A stretch of DNA of 64,000 nt from Candidatus Latescibacterota bacterium. Lineage in GTDB: Bacteria > Latescibacterota > UBA2968 > GCA-2709665. The notes beneath the pieces are model-generated. The model had not been told where the DNA came from and searched no databases. It saw only the letters and a list, made by a program, of their open reading frames with translations. The position numbers and the translations under genes were made by a program. The stretch is taken from assembly GCA_965116875.1 (NCBI GenBank), contig OZ220733.1, positions 4,832,001 through 4,896,000 on the forward strand, read 5' to 3'. This document shows positions 1 through 9,278 of the stretch, in pieces (within the stretch, counting starts at the first letter, position 1; every line of letters begins with the position of its first letter).

Positions 1-132
1 TATACAATAATTTCTTCGATTCCATATCTCCGGCACGGTTTTTGCATTTCGCAAACTGCCGATGCCATCGGACCACATGGACAGTTCGTGTTTTTCCGCG
101 AGAAGGTGACAAACCTACCAAGGGAGGTCGTC

Positions 133-588
133 ATGATGTTGGTACGCAGAATTGTAATGATCGCATTAACACTGTCGTGCATCTATGCGCCTGTGGCGGG
201 AGAACCGATTGTCAAGCAAATCACCCTGAAATCAGATGAGGGCGACGAAAGGAAGCGAGATACCGGACTGGCACTCTTGTGCTTTGCTGCCAGTGCAGGG
301 ATGGCTTACTATTCGCTGCAACAATTCGCGCTGGATAGCGAGGCCGACAATAATCAGACGAATTGTGTTATAGATGGTGGTGACATCGCTTCGTGCGAGA
401 GGCAGTACCCTAACGAAAAATATTATCTAAAAGGCGCGCTGGCGGCGGCTGGTTCCGGCATTATGTTCGGATTCGGCTTAAAGGCATGGAGCGGCAAGGC
501 CGAAAAGGCAAACCTGGGCAAGTCATTGATGATCGGAGTAAGGTCCGTTCGTCGCGGGGCTGTGGCTGCAGCGCAGCTGCGATTCTAG
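133..588 (+). CDS. Hypothetical exported/membrane protein
   Basis: GGGAGG SD before ATG133; signal-peptide-like N-terminus, two Gly/Ala-rich hydrophobic segments, C-terminal Phe. Confidence 0.6.
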   Translation: MMLVRRIVMIALTLSCIYAPVAGEPIVKQITLKSDEGDERKRDTGLALLCFAASAGMAYYSLQQFALDSEADNNQTNCVIDGGDIASCERQYPNEKYYLKGALAAAGSGIMFGFGLKAWSGKAEKANLGKSLMIGVRSVRRGAVAAAQLRF

Positions 589-710
589 GACGTGCCCAAC
601 ATCGCGCAGACGGGACATAGAGGTGGCCAGACAAGAGGCTGGCGCACGAGGCGGGTCGGTTGAATAACCGATGTCGAACGAACGCGCCGAGTCGTGGAGG
701 GACCCCCGTG

Positions 711-1214
711 ATGTTGACAAAGGAAGGATTAGTGAGACTAGCGATTATCGCTTTGCTGTTCGTCGGTGTCGCGACGCATGCGGACGCTACGAAGCATAAT
801 TTCAAGGGAAAGTTTCGGCGCGACACCAAGGGCGACTGGTACCCGGCAACCATTGTGATCAAGCCTAGATCTGTCATTATTTCCCATAACGGCTACACGA
901 TCGCCAAGATTGGTCCCGGCGCCAAGATTGCGGCGGGCATGCACAAGAAGATCGGTAAATCCTACTTGGGCGTGCTGGCCGGGGGTATCGCGACGGCTGG
1001 AGGATTGATTTCAGCAACGTCGATGAAAGACAAGAAAAAGACTGCCATAGCGGCGCTCTTGCCGGTTGTCGGCGCCGTCGTGACTGCTGTCGTTCGTCAT
1101 GAAAACCGCATCCATTTCACGCTCTCTGACAGTACGAAATTACTACTTCAGATTCGGATAGGCGGCGGTCTCGAGGACGAGTTCTATCGTCGGGCCCGTG
1201 ATATGCTACAATGA
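711..1214 (+). CDS. Hypothetical exported protein with glycine-zipper-like hydrophobic hairpin
   Basis: GGAGG SD upstream; signal peptide ending ADA; hydrophobic segments LGVLAGGIATAGGLI and IAALLPVVGAVV. Confidence 0.6.
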   Translation: MLTKEGLVRLAIIALLFVGVATHADATKHNFKGKFRRDTKGDWYPATIVIKPRSVIISHNGYTIAKIGPGAKIAAGMHKKIGKSYLGVLAGGIATAGGLISATSMKDKKKTAIAALLPVVGAVVTAVVRHENRIHFTLSDSTKLLLQIRIGGGLEDEFYRRARDMLQ

Positions 1215-1311
1215 CGGGAAATCCACGCGGGCTGTCTTATCGCGACGAGGACACGACAAAATGCGATAAGCCTTAAATTAGGGAATTCCTCAAGTGCGGC
1301 GTAACAATGTT

Positions 1312-3125
1312 GAGTCCTCTCCGAAAACGGGTGTTATGGGAACATCGTAAGAGTGGTCAGCGTTGGAACTTGAGAAGGAGCGTGTGTCGGAGATAAGGCG
1401 CGTAGGTGCGGCCTAACGCAGCAGGGGCAAGGTACAACGTTGCTCAGGGCGATGATATAGCGGTTTTTCGCAATAAATCTCCACTTATGCGGGTAGCATC
1501 GTGGGTGTTGCGACGTAATTCCGGATTCGAACCAGATTGACCCATAAGGTGCGACAGCGCGCCCACCATTGATGTGGCATCAATCCGCGATAGCGGGTTT
1601 TACCGTTTCGGGTGTAATAGCTCAACTGGAAGATGCTGGCTTCGACGTTATTGCGTCGGTTTCTGATGTGTTCAGGCAGGGCTTCAATCTGTTTACGTTT
1701 AAGGTAATTGTCGATGTGTTGTTCTTTAAAGTATCGGGGTTTGCCATCGATGATGAGTTTGTATTTTCCCGGTTTGTATTCCTGGGCAATGTGCACCACT
1801 CCGGTTTTTCGATCCGTGACGGTGACGCCGTCATCTGTGCGTTCATAGATGAAACGTCCTGGGGTTCCCTGCAAGCCATTGTAATAGAATTGCTTGTTCT
1901 GTTCTTCTGCATACTCGGCGTTGGATGGATCGTGATACGCCCCATCCATTGACACTTCCCGAACCTGTCCGACCACATGCTGTGTGCGCTCGATCGCCGC
2001 CTGCACAAACCCGTTGTCGGGCGCCGTCGCGGGTTTGACGTCAACGTCCGTGATCAAGTTGAGGCCCTCGTCACCACAGGTCTCGGCGAGGTTGACACTG
2101 TATCCTTTTACCTTATCCTCCCCTTTCTTACGAAAGGCCGCATCTTCGTCATCGGGGGACTGCAACGAGGATGCGGAGATCTCGTCAGGCGGCTTGGGAA
2201 GCACCTGTTTGGAGGATGATATCACCGTATATTGGTCCCCGAAAACACGCGCCATCACACCATAGTGATTGCTGTCTTGCTCGGTATAGGTCGCCTGAAG
2301 CCTGCTCAATAACACACCGTATTCCTGTAGCTTCTCCCCTTTTTCAGCACGGGTGAGTCGGTAGACAACCTGATGGGGTTTCACCTTGAGCATTGCGTCC
2401 AGAACCTGCCGATCTCTTGCCGATAATCGTCGCTTCAGGTCCTCGTCCAACGATCCCCAGAACCGGTGTAAGCAACTCACCACCAACTGCAACCGACAAC
2501 ACAACGCAATGTTCGAGCCGATCAACTTACTGTCCATTCGGATTTGCTGACCCAACACACCGAAGGCATTGGCCTGCGTCTTGGTTAAGCTGCTAAAGAC
2601 CTCGCCAACCAGGTCTTGACCGGTGTTCAGTTGATATGCATACAAGGCCTGCTTGAACAGGTAATACGTCGACTCCACAGGCGCCTCATCAGACAGATTC
2701 ATCAATCCCAATGCCCGCATCGCCAGTATGTTGAACCGACATTGCTCGAACAGTTGCGCATCGCTCCACCCAAAGCCCTCCTTCATGATCATCATGGCAA
2801 ACAACTGACGGATGGGCGCATTGGGACGGCCGATGTCGGCATCAAACAACACCGAAAACACATCCTCGTCTATCTTTGACGTGAGGTGCTCGTAAAACAG
2901 ATTATGCCACGACTTCGCATCATTCAACTGCGCCTGTTTCCGATCCGTGAAGTGTGACTCGAAATTCGAAAACAAATCCGGTTGACTGCACGACGCGCTT
3001 TTCTTAAACATCGCTACCGTCCCTCGCTCGTCTTCCGTTTTACATCTGAAACTTCGCATCCTCTTGTCATTTGGAATTTAGCACTTTTTTCTCAATAAGA
3101 AAACTCGACTTTTCGGAGTGGACTC
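1312..3125 (-). mobile_element. Complete insertion sequence (IS1182/IS5-like DDE element), ~1.8 kb
   Basis: TIRs GAGTCCTCTCCGAAAA (1312-1327) and TTTTCGGAGTGGACTC (3110-3125), 15/16 match; AATGTT duplicated at 1306-1311 and 3126-3131. Confidence 0.9.
1485..3011 (-). CDS. DDE transposase with DUF772-like N-terminus
   Basis: GRPNAP..L..MM..K..FGWSD motif; RMDS, MDGAY and RNNVEASI catalytic-like motifs; lies within the TIRs. Confidence 0.9.
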   Translation of the reverse strand: MFKKSASCSQPDLFSNFESHFTDRKQAQLNDAKSWHNLFYEHLTSKIDEDVFSVLFDADIGRPNAPIRQLFAMMIMKEGFGWSDAQLFEQCRFNILAMRALGLMNLSDEAPVESTYYLFKQALYAYQLNTGQDLVGEVFSSLTKTQANAFGVLGQQIRMDSKLIGSNIALCCRLQLVVSCLHRFWGSLDEDLKRRLSARDRQVLDAMLKVKPHQVVYRLTRAEKGEKLQEYGVLLSRLQATYTEQDSNHYGVMARVFGDQYTVISSSKQVLPKPPDEISASSLQSPDDEDAAFRKKGEDKVKGYSVNLAETCGDEGLNLITDVDVKPATAPDNGFVQAAIERTQHVVGQVREVSMDGAYHDPSNAEYAEEQNKQFYYNGLQGTPGRFIYERTDDGVTVTDRKTGVVHIAQEYKPGKYKLIIDGKPRYFKEQHIDNYLKRKQIEALPEHIRNRRNNVEASIFQLSYYTRNGKTRYRGLMPHQWWARCRTLWVNLVRIRNYVATPTMLPA

Positions 3126-3255
3126 AATGTTGAGGTCAATTCCCCGCCCGCTATTGAAGAGTGGTTGTTGCAAATCGGAAATGACCCGTCGATCCGGAGC
3201 AGATCGAATTTGTGGACAACTTTAACTCCAGACCACATCTCGGGAGAATAGACAA

Positions 3256-3642
3256 ATGAACCGTACAATGATTGGTTCGATTCTGGGGACAGTGGCAGTA
3301 GTCGTGGTCTCCATTGTAACAGCAGCGATGTACGTCGCAAGGCTGGAGGAACGTGTCAAGAACCTTGAGATCGATTCACAACAGCAAGAGAACAGAACGA
3401 ACATTGCAATCAGGACCTTTGCAAACACACCGCGACCTCGCGGATCACAGGTGGGATTTGCAAATAGTGGGAGTTGGGGGGTCTGGAGCGACCCTCAGTT
3501 CTGTCCAGATGGTTACTACGTTTGCGGATTGAAACAGAAAGTTGAACCCAGACAGGGTGACGGCGATGACTCCGCGATGAACGCGGTCGCTTTTTATTGT
3601 TGCCCTTTAGACCCGCAAGCTGAACCCAACGCAAGTCAGTGA
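3256..3642 (+). CDS. Membrane-anchored protein with one VMO-I (vitelline membrane outer layer, beta-prism I) repeat
   Basis: N-terminal TM helix, short coiled coil (RLEERVKNLE), then WGVWSDPQFCPDGYYVCGLKQKVEPRQGDGDDSAMNAVAFYCC matching the VOMI repeat pattern. Confidence 0.75.
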   Translation: MNRTMIGSILGTVAVVVVSIVTAAMYVARLEERVKNLEIDSQQQENRTNIAIRTFANTPRPRGSQVGFANSGSWGVWSDPQFCPDGYYVCGLKQKVEPRQGDGDDSAMNAVAFYCCPLDPQAEPNASQ

Positions 3643-3806
3643 TGAGCTTGCCATCGCGGAACCTGCACAACCAAAGACCCCTTGCTCCCTTTGTCTCCAA
3701 CATCTATTTTTGACCTCATTTTATACTCTTCTCTCCGCCCAAAATTCGACGTTAAACTCGGAGGGGGGTTGTCTCACTTTATGATTGGCACGGAGGGAAA
3801 GCTACA

Positions 3807-4385
3807 ATGAATAAGCGAATCTTCAAGCAATGGATTATTCTCGTGATCCTTTTCTATATTGTAGCACTCGTCATCGGAATCATGCTGAAGAACTGTGATA
3901 CTGGCGACGGTGAGCCGTTGTACAATACATTCAAGGACCTCTTGCCATTGATAATTGCCATTCCTGTCGTTTGGCTAGGCTACTGTTTCCACGGTCGACT
4001 TGCCTATCTGAGAGACGTTCGCGAACTGTGGTCAAAGATTGTTGTGGCAGTACAAGAAGCCATCCAATACACTCACCTCAAAACTCCTTCACAGTCGGAA
4101 TTTGGAACCGTGTTGAAGAACCTCAGTATAGCGACGGAAGAACTGCGAGCTATATTTATCAATATTGGCGAAGGGAGGGAAGGGATCGGTTTGTATCCAT
4201 ACGAAAGCATCAAGACCATCCACGCCCAAATATCATGTCTCAGCTTTGGACCGCAATTTACCGAGAAAAACGCGAAGGTGGCACGTAATCAGATAGTTGC
4301 GAGTTGGAAAGAGTTCAGGAAACACTACCTCAATGAGCTAGAGCGAAGTGTTCCCACCGATATTGATAGTCCTTTCTTCAAGTAG
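3807..4385 (+). CDS. Hypothetical protein with 2 N-terminal TM helices and a helical C-terminal domain
   Basis: GGAGGG SD; two hydrophobic segments; AT-rich codon usage. Confidence 0.7.
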   Translation: MNKRIFKQWIILVILFYIVALVIGIMLKNCDTGDGEPLYNTFKDLLPLIIAIPVVWLGYCFHGRLAYLRDVRELWSKIVVAVQEAIQYTHLKTPSQSEFGTVLKNLSIATEELRAIFINIGEGREGIGLYPYESIKTIHAQISCLSFGPQFTEKNAKVARNQIVASWKEFRKHYLNELERSVPTDIDSPFFK

Positions 4386-4818
4386 GCATATTTGGACAGT
4401 GCTACCAGCAGATAGTAAGTATCATTAACGGGTGAAGGCCTTATCAGGCAATTGTTATTCCAGCCTGCTTGTCTACGGTGGAATTGTTGTCAAATGTCTT
4501 GGATAGGGGAGAGCGCATCCTGGTGGTTTAAGCGGCGCCTCCTGGAATCGCAGCGACGGCGCGCTCTTCGCGCCAACGCCACGTTTACGGCGCCAAAATC
4601 CGCATCGTATGAGCCGTAATGTGCGGGGGCGTGGATTGATTGATTCGTGAAAATTGACAGTCCCAGGTGGCTCCATTGTGCCGATCATGGGCTGCCCGAT
4701 CAGTGCAATCCGTGACAACACTCTCACGTCAAAACACGCGCTCGTTTAGCCCGGGTTGAACGGGGGCTTCTGGGATAAGGGTGTTTACTAAGATAAATGA
4801 CCTGGAAAGGATTTACAG

Positions 4819-5890
4819 CATGCAATCGCCAATCCGTGGATTCACTAGCTCAGTAACCGTAGCATACTTCATCGCAATTGTCTGCGGGCTGTTCAACGTC
4901 GCATTTGCGCAACTTCCGCCCGAGGTCCTTGCGGATAAATATCTCATGCAGGCGGAACAACTGGCTGAGAAAGATGAATTTGACGGTGCGCTCAGCCTCA
5001 TGGACTCAATCAAGACAATGGAAAAGGATCAAAATATCACCCTGCGTGAGGACTTCCATTTCATGCACGCGAAGTTTGCCTACGCGGCGGGCAGGGCGCA
5101 GACTGCAATGGACGCGGTGAGCGAGTATCTGTCAGCGGGTCGCCGGGGCGAATACTATGACGAAGCGCTGGCGCTGTTGATCAGGGCCGAACAGGTACTT
5201 GCCGACTTTGACTTAACCGCTGCGAAAAAGTGCACGTCGGTTATTCAATTGAGAGATCCCTCTCGTTACACCACCCTTGATGGGAGGTCTGGGAAGCGTG
5301 TTTCTGAAGCTTCCTACTGTTGGCGGGCATTGATCAACCCTCCGGGTTGCCAAATATGGGTCGATAGCTACATGTTCGTTCATCGCAACATGCACTGGAC
5401 GGGCAAGTGTCCGGACGGTCGGGCAGAGGGGAAGGGCACGCTCACGGCAGTTTGGAGTTATGTAGCAGGTTCATACAGTTACGCGGATTCGCTGGGCCAC
5501 CGGGGGCGGTTCATAAAAGGCCGACCCCATGGCGATTGGGATATTCGCTGGTACGAAAACGGGCAGCTTCGTCGTCCAAACGCTGTCTCGACCGATGATT
5601 TCCTGGTTCGCAAGGGTCGATATGAATACGGCAAGAAGCACGGAAAATGGACTACTCGGTATCGGGTGTTTTTCGGTGATACTCGAACGCATAGAGTTCA
5701 AGGAAATACAGGCGAATATTCACAAGGATTGAAGGAAGGCGAATGGTTGTATGGGCGTCGTACTGCCTGTGAATCCGTGACATATCGTGCAGGCGCGAGG
5801 CTGGAGTCCAGCCGTGTTGACTCGGTGGTTTGTCAGCAGAAGCTAAGCAACGTCGAAGGCTATGGTTGGTCGAAATACGGACGGCGATAA
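4819..5890 (+). CDS. Exported protein with TPR-like N-terminal domain and MORN-like beta-repeat C-terminal domain
   Basis: Signal peptide ending AFA; helical domain (LPPEVLADKYL...EYYDEALALL); WTGKCPDGRAEGKG, GRFIKGRPHGDW, GRYEYGKKHGKW, GEYSQGLKEGEW repeats. Confidence 0.7.
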
Positions 5891-6023
5891 GGGGGTTTAC
5901 AAGAGATCACGCCGAACTATCGCCTTTTTAGCGATAATCCCGTCTACTACGTCATATGTCAACACAGCCAAGAATACAGGAGCGACTAAAGCCTGACTTG
6001 AGTCTGAATTCCTTCAGAAGGAA

Positions 6024-6176
6024 AATGAGAAGGGCAGACAGGAATGTCCGCCCCACCCTGCAGAAACCACCACACAATCCCGATTGACTGGGTTTTCAGG
6101 GCGACCGGCCGGTCGCCCCTGCAATACGCAAAAAGCCTGATATGCAACGACATATCAGGCTTTGTTTATTCAGTTT
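6024..6176. repeat. 153-bp direct repeat copy 1 (composite of REP-like palindromes)
   Basis: Matches 7393-7545 with 2 substitutions; hairpins at 6032-6056, 6098-6122 and 6132-6163. Confidence 0.95.
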
Positions 6177-6225
6177 TACAGCAAAGATCGGCGAACGATT
6201 CGCGACTGGTCTCCGGCGCCAGATC

Positions 6226-6269
6226 AAAACGGGACAACGCACCTGTAGCGTGCATTGTCCCGCATTTTT
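6226..6269. terminator. Putative intrinsic terminator downstream of the rpn-like gene
   Basis: CGGGACAAcGCAC-loop-GTGCaTTGTCCCG stem flanked by A and T tracts. Confidence 0.6.
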
Positions 6270-6302
6270 CGTTCGATGGGAAGGATGTTCAGGGAATGAT
6301 GC

Positions 6303-6581
6303 TCATCCCTCTTCTTGATCCATCAGTTGACCGAACGCGTCGAGGCTGGCCGCCTGTACCGCGCCGCGGTGCAGCTGTTCGAGACGCTTCACGTCGTCGA
6401 CGTTTTCGATGCGGGCGGCGAATGGATGCGACGCAGCGACGTCGAATCGGACGTCCAGTACGGCGAGGATACTTCTCCGGAGCCCTTGCTCGATCCCTTG
6501 TTCAATCCCCTGCTCAATTCCTTGCTCGACGCCCTGTCGGGTGAGGTATTGGGCAAACGACGATTCACGTACGAGATCCAT
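6303..6581 (-). CDS. Candidate intragenic in-frame small protein (RpnS-type antitoxin), 92 aa
   Basis: AAGGAGG (6593-6587) 5 nt before in-frame ATG6581, just upstream of the EQGI repeats. Confidence 0.6.
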   Translation of the reverse strand: MDLVRESSFAQYLTRQGVEQGIEQGIEQGIEQGLRRSILAVLDVRFDVAASHPFAARIENVDDVKRLEQLHRGAVQAASLDAFGQLMDQEEG

Positions 6582-7220
6582 CATGCCCTCCTTCGAAATG
6601 ATATCAGTAATGGTTTCCGGCACGTACACCAGACCGCTCAGCAACGCCATTCCTGCAAGATAGTCGGCTTTTTTCGGCAGAGCCATCGCACGCGCGTGTG
6701 CGGCGTGCAGACATCGGCGCAACCACGCCTGTGAATCCAACCCTTCAGGAGGCTTCATCAACGGCGCGAAGGCGATCAGCCCCTCGTGTCCCGCATCCAG
6801 AACCCCCTGGCCATCCTGCTCGCTCAATCGGATCACCCGGTATTGCACAAATACCTGGTGGCCCGGATGCGATTGCGAATACTGACCGGGATCCTGTCCT
6901 CCCGAATCCGGACGCAGGTAGATGACGCTGGAACAGACTGGCAACCCATGGCGCTCGATCGCCCGCCCGATATAGCCGACCATGCGACGCGGCATGGGCG
7001 GATCGGTACTGTCCGTCGTTTGAAATTCGGTGTGAACCAGTGCCTCGCGGTCGTCGATGCGCACGCGAATGAGACTGTCGGCCTGGCTTGTCGAGACCGT
7101 GGGCTGCTGGGTGTCGATGACTTCGAGGACTTCCACTTCCTCCCGACCGAGCGTGAAGCTGGCAAAGTCCTCGGGATAGCTTTGTATCAGGTGCTTGGAA
7201 ATCGCATCAAACTCTGCCAT
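6303..7220 (-). CDS. Rpn/YhgA-like PD-(D/E)XK nuclease (recombination-promoting nuclease family)
   Basis: D..SKHL N-terminus; ADSL...VHTEFQ catalytic motif; MPRRM..Y; VIYL; C-terminal (EQGI)n repeats and RF helical tail. Confidence 0.85.
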   Translation of the reverse strand: MAEFDAISKHLIQSYPEDFASFTLGREEVEVLEVIDTQQPTVSTSQADSLIRVRIDDREALVHTEFQTTDSTDPPMPRRMVGYIGRAIERHGLPVCSSVIYLRPDSGGQDPGQYSQSHPGHQVFVQYRVIRLSEQDGQGVLDAGHEGLIAFAPLMKPPEGLDSQAWLRRCLHAAHARAMALPKKADYLAGMALLSGLVYVPETITDIISKEGMMDLVRESSFAQYLTRQGVEQGIEQGIEQGIEQGLRRSILAVLDVRFDVAASHPFAARIENVDDVKRLEQLHRGAVQAASLDAFGQLMDQEEG

Positions 7221-7392
7221 GCAGGACGCCCTGGGGGAGGAGGAACGGGTCTGTATAAACAAGATACCGGTTCAAGGCGGAAAGTCAATTGCGTCATGGT
7301 AAGAGTGAACGAATCATTTACAGCCCGCGCTCGTCCTGGCCAACGCAAGGGCGACCCATACCTGTCATTCTTGCGCATTCCGGCAGGATGAC

Positions 7393-7545
7393 AATGAGAA
7401 GGGCAGACAGGAATGTCCGCCCCACCCTGCAGAAACCACCACACAACCCCGATTGACTGGGTTTTCAGGGCGACCGGCCGGTCGCCCCTACAATACGCAA
7501 AAAGCCTGATATGCAACGACATATCAGGCTTTGTTTATTCAGTTT
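7393..7545. repeat. 153-bp direct repeat copy 2; contains GTGG- and GTAG-type REP-like palindromes
   Basis: Minus strand reads GTAGGGGCGACCGGCCGGTCGCCCT (7491-7467) and GTGGGGCGGACATTCCTGTCTGCCC (7425-7401); AAAGCCTGATATG/CATATCAGGCTTT stem at 7501-7532. Confidence 0.95.
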
Positions 7546-7590
7546 AACAAGTCCGGGCGATGCAGGATAGCCGACGTATTGTTGCCGGCC

Positions 7591-8376
7591 TCAACCCCGC
7601 GCCAGGTCCCGGTAGGCCCTGAAGAGGTCCGCGTAATACGCCGCGAACATCCACCGGTCGCCGACGCCCCGATCGGGGCTACGTTCGGCTTCGGCCGACA
7701 TGTACCCCGCGTATCCTTTCTGGTGAAGCAGCCGGAACAACTCCCTGTACGGGTACCCCTGGCCGGCCAGGTCGTGCATATGCACGTGATCCAGCCAGGG
7801 CCAGACCGCTTCGAGCGCCTGCGCAACCGAACCGTCAACCACGTCTTCGGCCACCGAATTCCAGATCAATCCGAAATTTGAATGGTCCACCCGTTCGGCT
7901 ACCGACCGGCACGACCGCCAGTCGAATTCGCCGTGCAGTTCCAGGCACGGCCTGACAGCCCTAGCGACGCCGTACGCGCAGAGCTCCTGAAGCGCATCGG
8001 CCACCTGAGCGATCGTCTTCTCTCTCGGCACGTCTTTGGGGAAATTGTTCCCGAAGACCCTCACCCTGGGCGCTCCCAGATCCGCCGCGAGATCCATCCG
8101 CGCCTTTGTCTGTTCGATCTGGTCCCGAAGATCGGACGCGTCCTCATCGTGATACCGGTTTCCCGTTGCGACGCTGATGATTTCGATGCCGGCCGCCCGG
8201 CAGTCTGCCACGACCTGCCTGCGTTCGGCGTCATCCAGCGAAGCCTCCACGCCGTGCCCGTGACCCAGATCCGTCCGGAACTCGACGCCCTCGACGCCGT
8301 GGTCACCCAGCGTCTGCAGCAGGTCCCGGCGCGAAAGGTCTTTCAGAACGCCATATGTCATCCAGGAAAGTTTCAT
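7591..8376 (-). CDS. Sugar phosphate isomerase/epimerase (xylose isomerase-like TIM barrel)
   Basis: GVEFR, LELHG, HVHMHD, SAEAE motifs. Confidence 0.85.
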   Translation of the reverse strand: MKLSWMTYGVLKDLSRRDLLQTLGDHGVEGVEFRTDLGHGHGVEASLDDAERRQVVADCRAAGIEIISVATGNRYHDEDASDLRDQIEQTKARMDLAADLGAPRVRVFGNNFPKDVPREKTIAQVADALQELCAYGVARAVRPCLELHGEFDWRSCRSVAERVDHSNFGLIWNSVAEDVVDGSVAQALEAVWPWLDHVHMHDLAGQGYPYRELFRLLHQKGYAGYMSAEAERSPDRGVGDRWMFAAYYADLFRAYRDLARG

Positions 8377-8423
8377 CTACAGCACTCCTCCTTTGTAAAG
8401 GCTGCCGCGGAAGCGGGCTCCCA

Positions 8424-9149
8424 TCAGACCACCGGCTCCTTGCCGATCCTCGCGAATCCCTCGGCATACCGGCAGTCGTTCATCCCTGCCATATGCTGCG
8501 CCTCGATGGCGCGGTACCGGTTCAGGACGGTATACACTTCCGGAAGGGGCGGCTGAGCGGCAAGCTTCTTCAACGCTTCGATCTTCTGTTCGAAAACCGA
8601 CGAAATATCCACGTACAGGTCCGGAACGAAACCCGATACCGGTGACGTGCCCATCGTGGTTTCGTAGCATATCACAAGCGGCCGCTGACACGGGGCCCGG
8701 CCGGTCTTGATTCCTCCTGCATTGCAGTAGGAACATGCCCACAATGCGGCCTGCGTGGTCTCCACGTGGTCCGGATGCATCACGTCGTTGATCCAGTGAC
8801 TCAGCACGAGATCCGGTCTGAATCGCCGAACCGCGTCCAGCAGCTGCAGACGGCGGTCGGGCCCCAAAACCAGCGGACTGTCTCCGAAATCGAAGCAATC
8901 GACGGTCGCTCCCAGGATCCCGGCGGCCGCTTCGAATTCCTCCCTTCGCCTCTCCTTGACGTCCTCCAGGGTCAGGTCCGGGTCCTGCGCCCATAGCGCG
9001 GGCGATTCGCACCGCTCTCCATAGGTCAGGTTATGGACGTGTACCGTGCCGCCCGCGTTGACGAAACGTATGATCGCCCCACCCGCGCGCGAACAGAAAT
9101 CCGCCGCGTGTGCGCTGAATACCAGCACCCGCATTCCATCCCCGATCAT
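8424..9149 (-). CDS. PIG-L/LmbE family protein, 4-oxalomesaconate hydratase (GalB)-like
   Basis: SAHAADF..RAGGAI, TYGERCES..LW, RREE..AAA.ILG, HPDH motifs. Confidence 0.8.
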   Translation of the reverse strand: MIGDGMRVLVFSAHAADFCSRAGGAIIRFVNAGGTVHVHNLTYGERCESPALWAQDPDLTLEDVKERRREEFEAAAGILGATVDCFDFGDSPLVLGPDRRLQLLDAVRRFRPDLVLSHWINDVMHPDHVETTQAALWACSYCNAGGIKTGRAPCQRPLVICYETTMGTSPVSGFVPDLYVDISSVFEQKIEALKKLAAQPPLPEVYTVLNRYRAIEAQHMAGMNDCRYAEGFARIGKEPVV

Positions 9150-9278
9150 TCCACGTTCCCTTTCTCGACGATGATTTCAACATCGACCTGACGGCCCGGA
9201 AACCGGGGCGCGACGCGCTCGTGACGCCGGCGCCCCCCCATGCACGTACGGACGGGTGAACCCGGCCGGCCCTGCCAT

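Noticed and set aside
589-4780. Integron cassette array (co-oriented orphan ORFs; AAC...GTT pairs at 594-665 and 3695-3757)
   Set aside because: Inner L-box symmetry is poor, spacers share no common attC structure and no integrase is in the window.
6024-7545. CRISPR array, or repeats as IS ends of an Rpn transposon
   Set aside because: Only two long direct copies, no spacers or cas genes, and transposase activity of Rpn proteins is not established.
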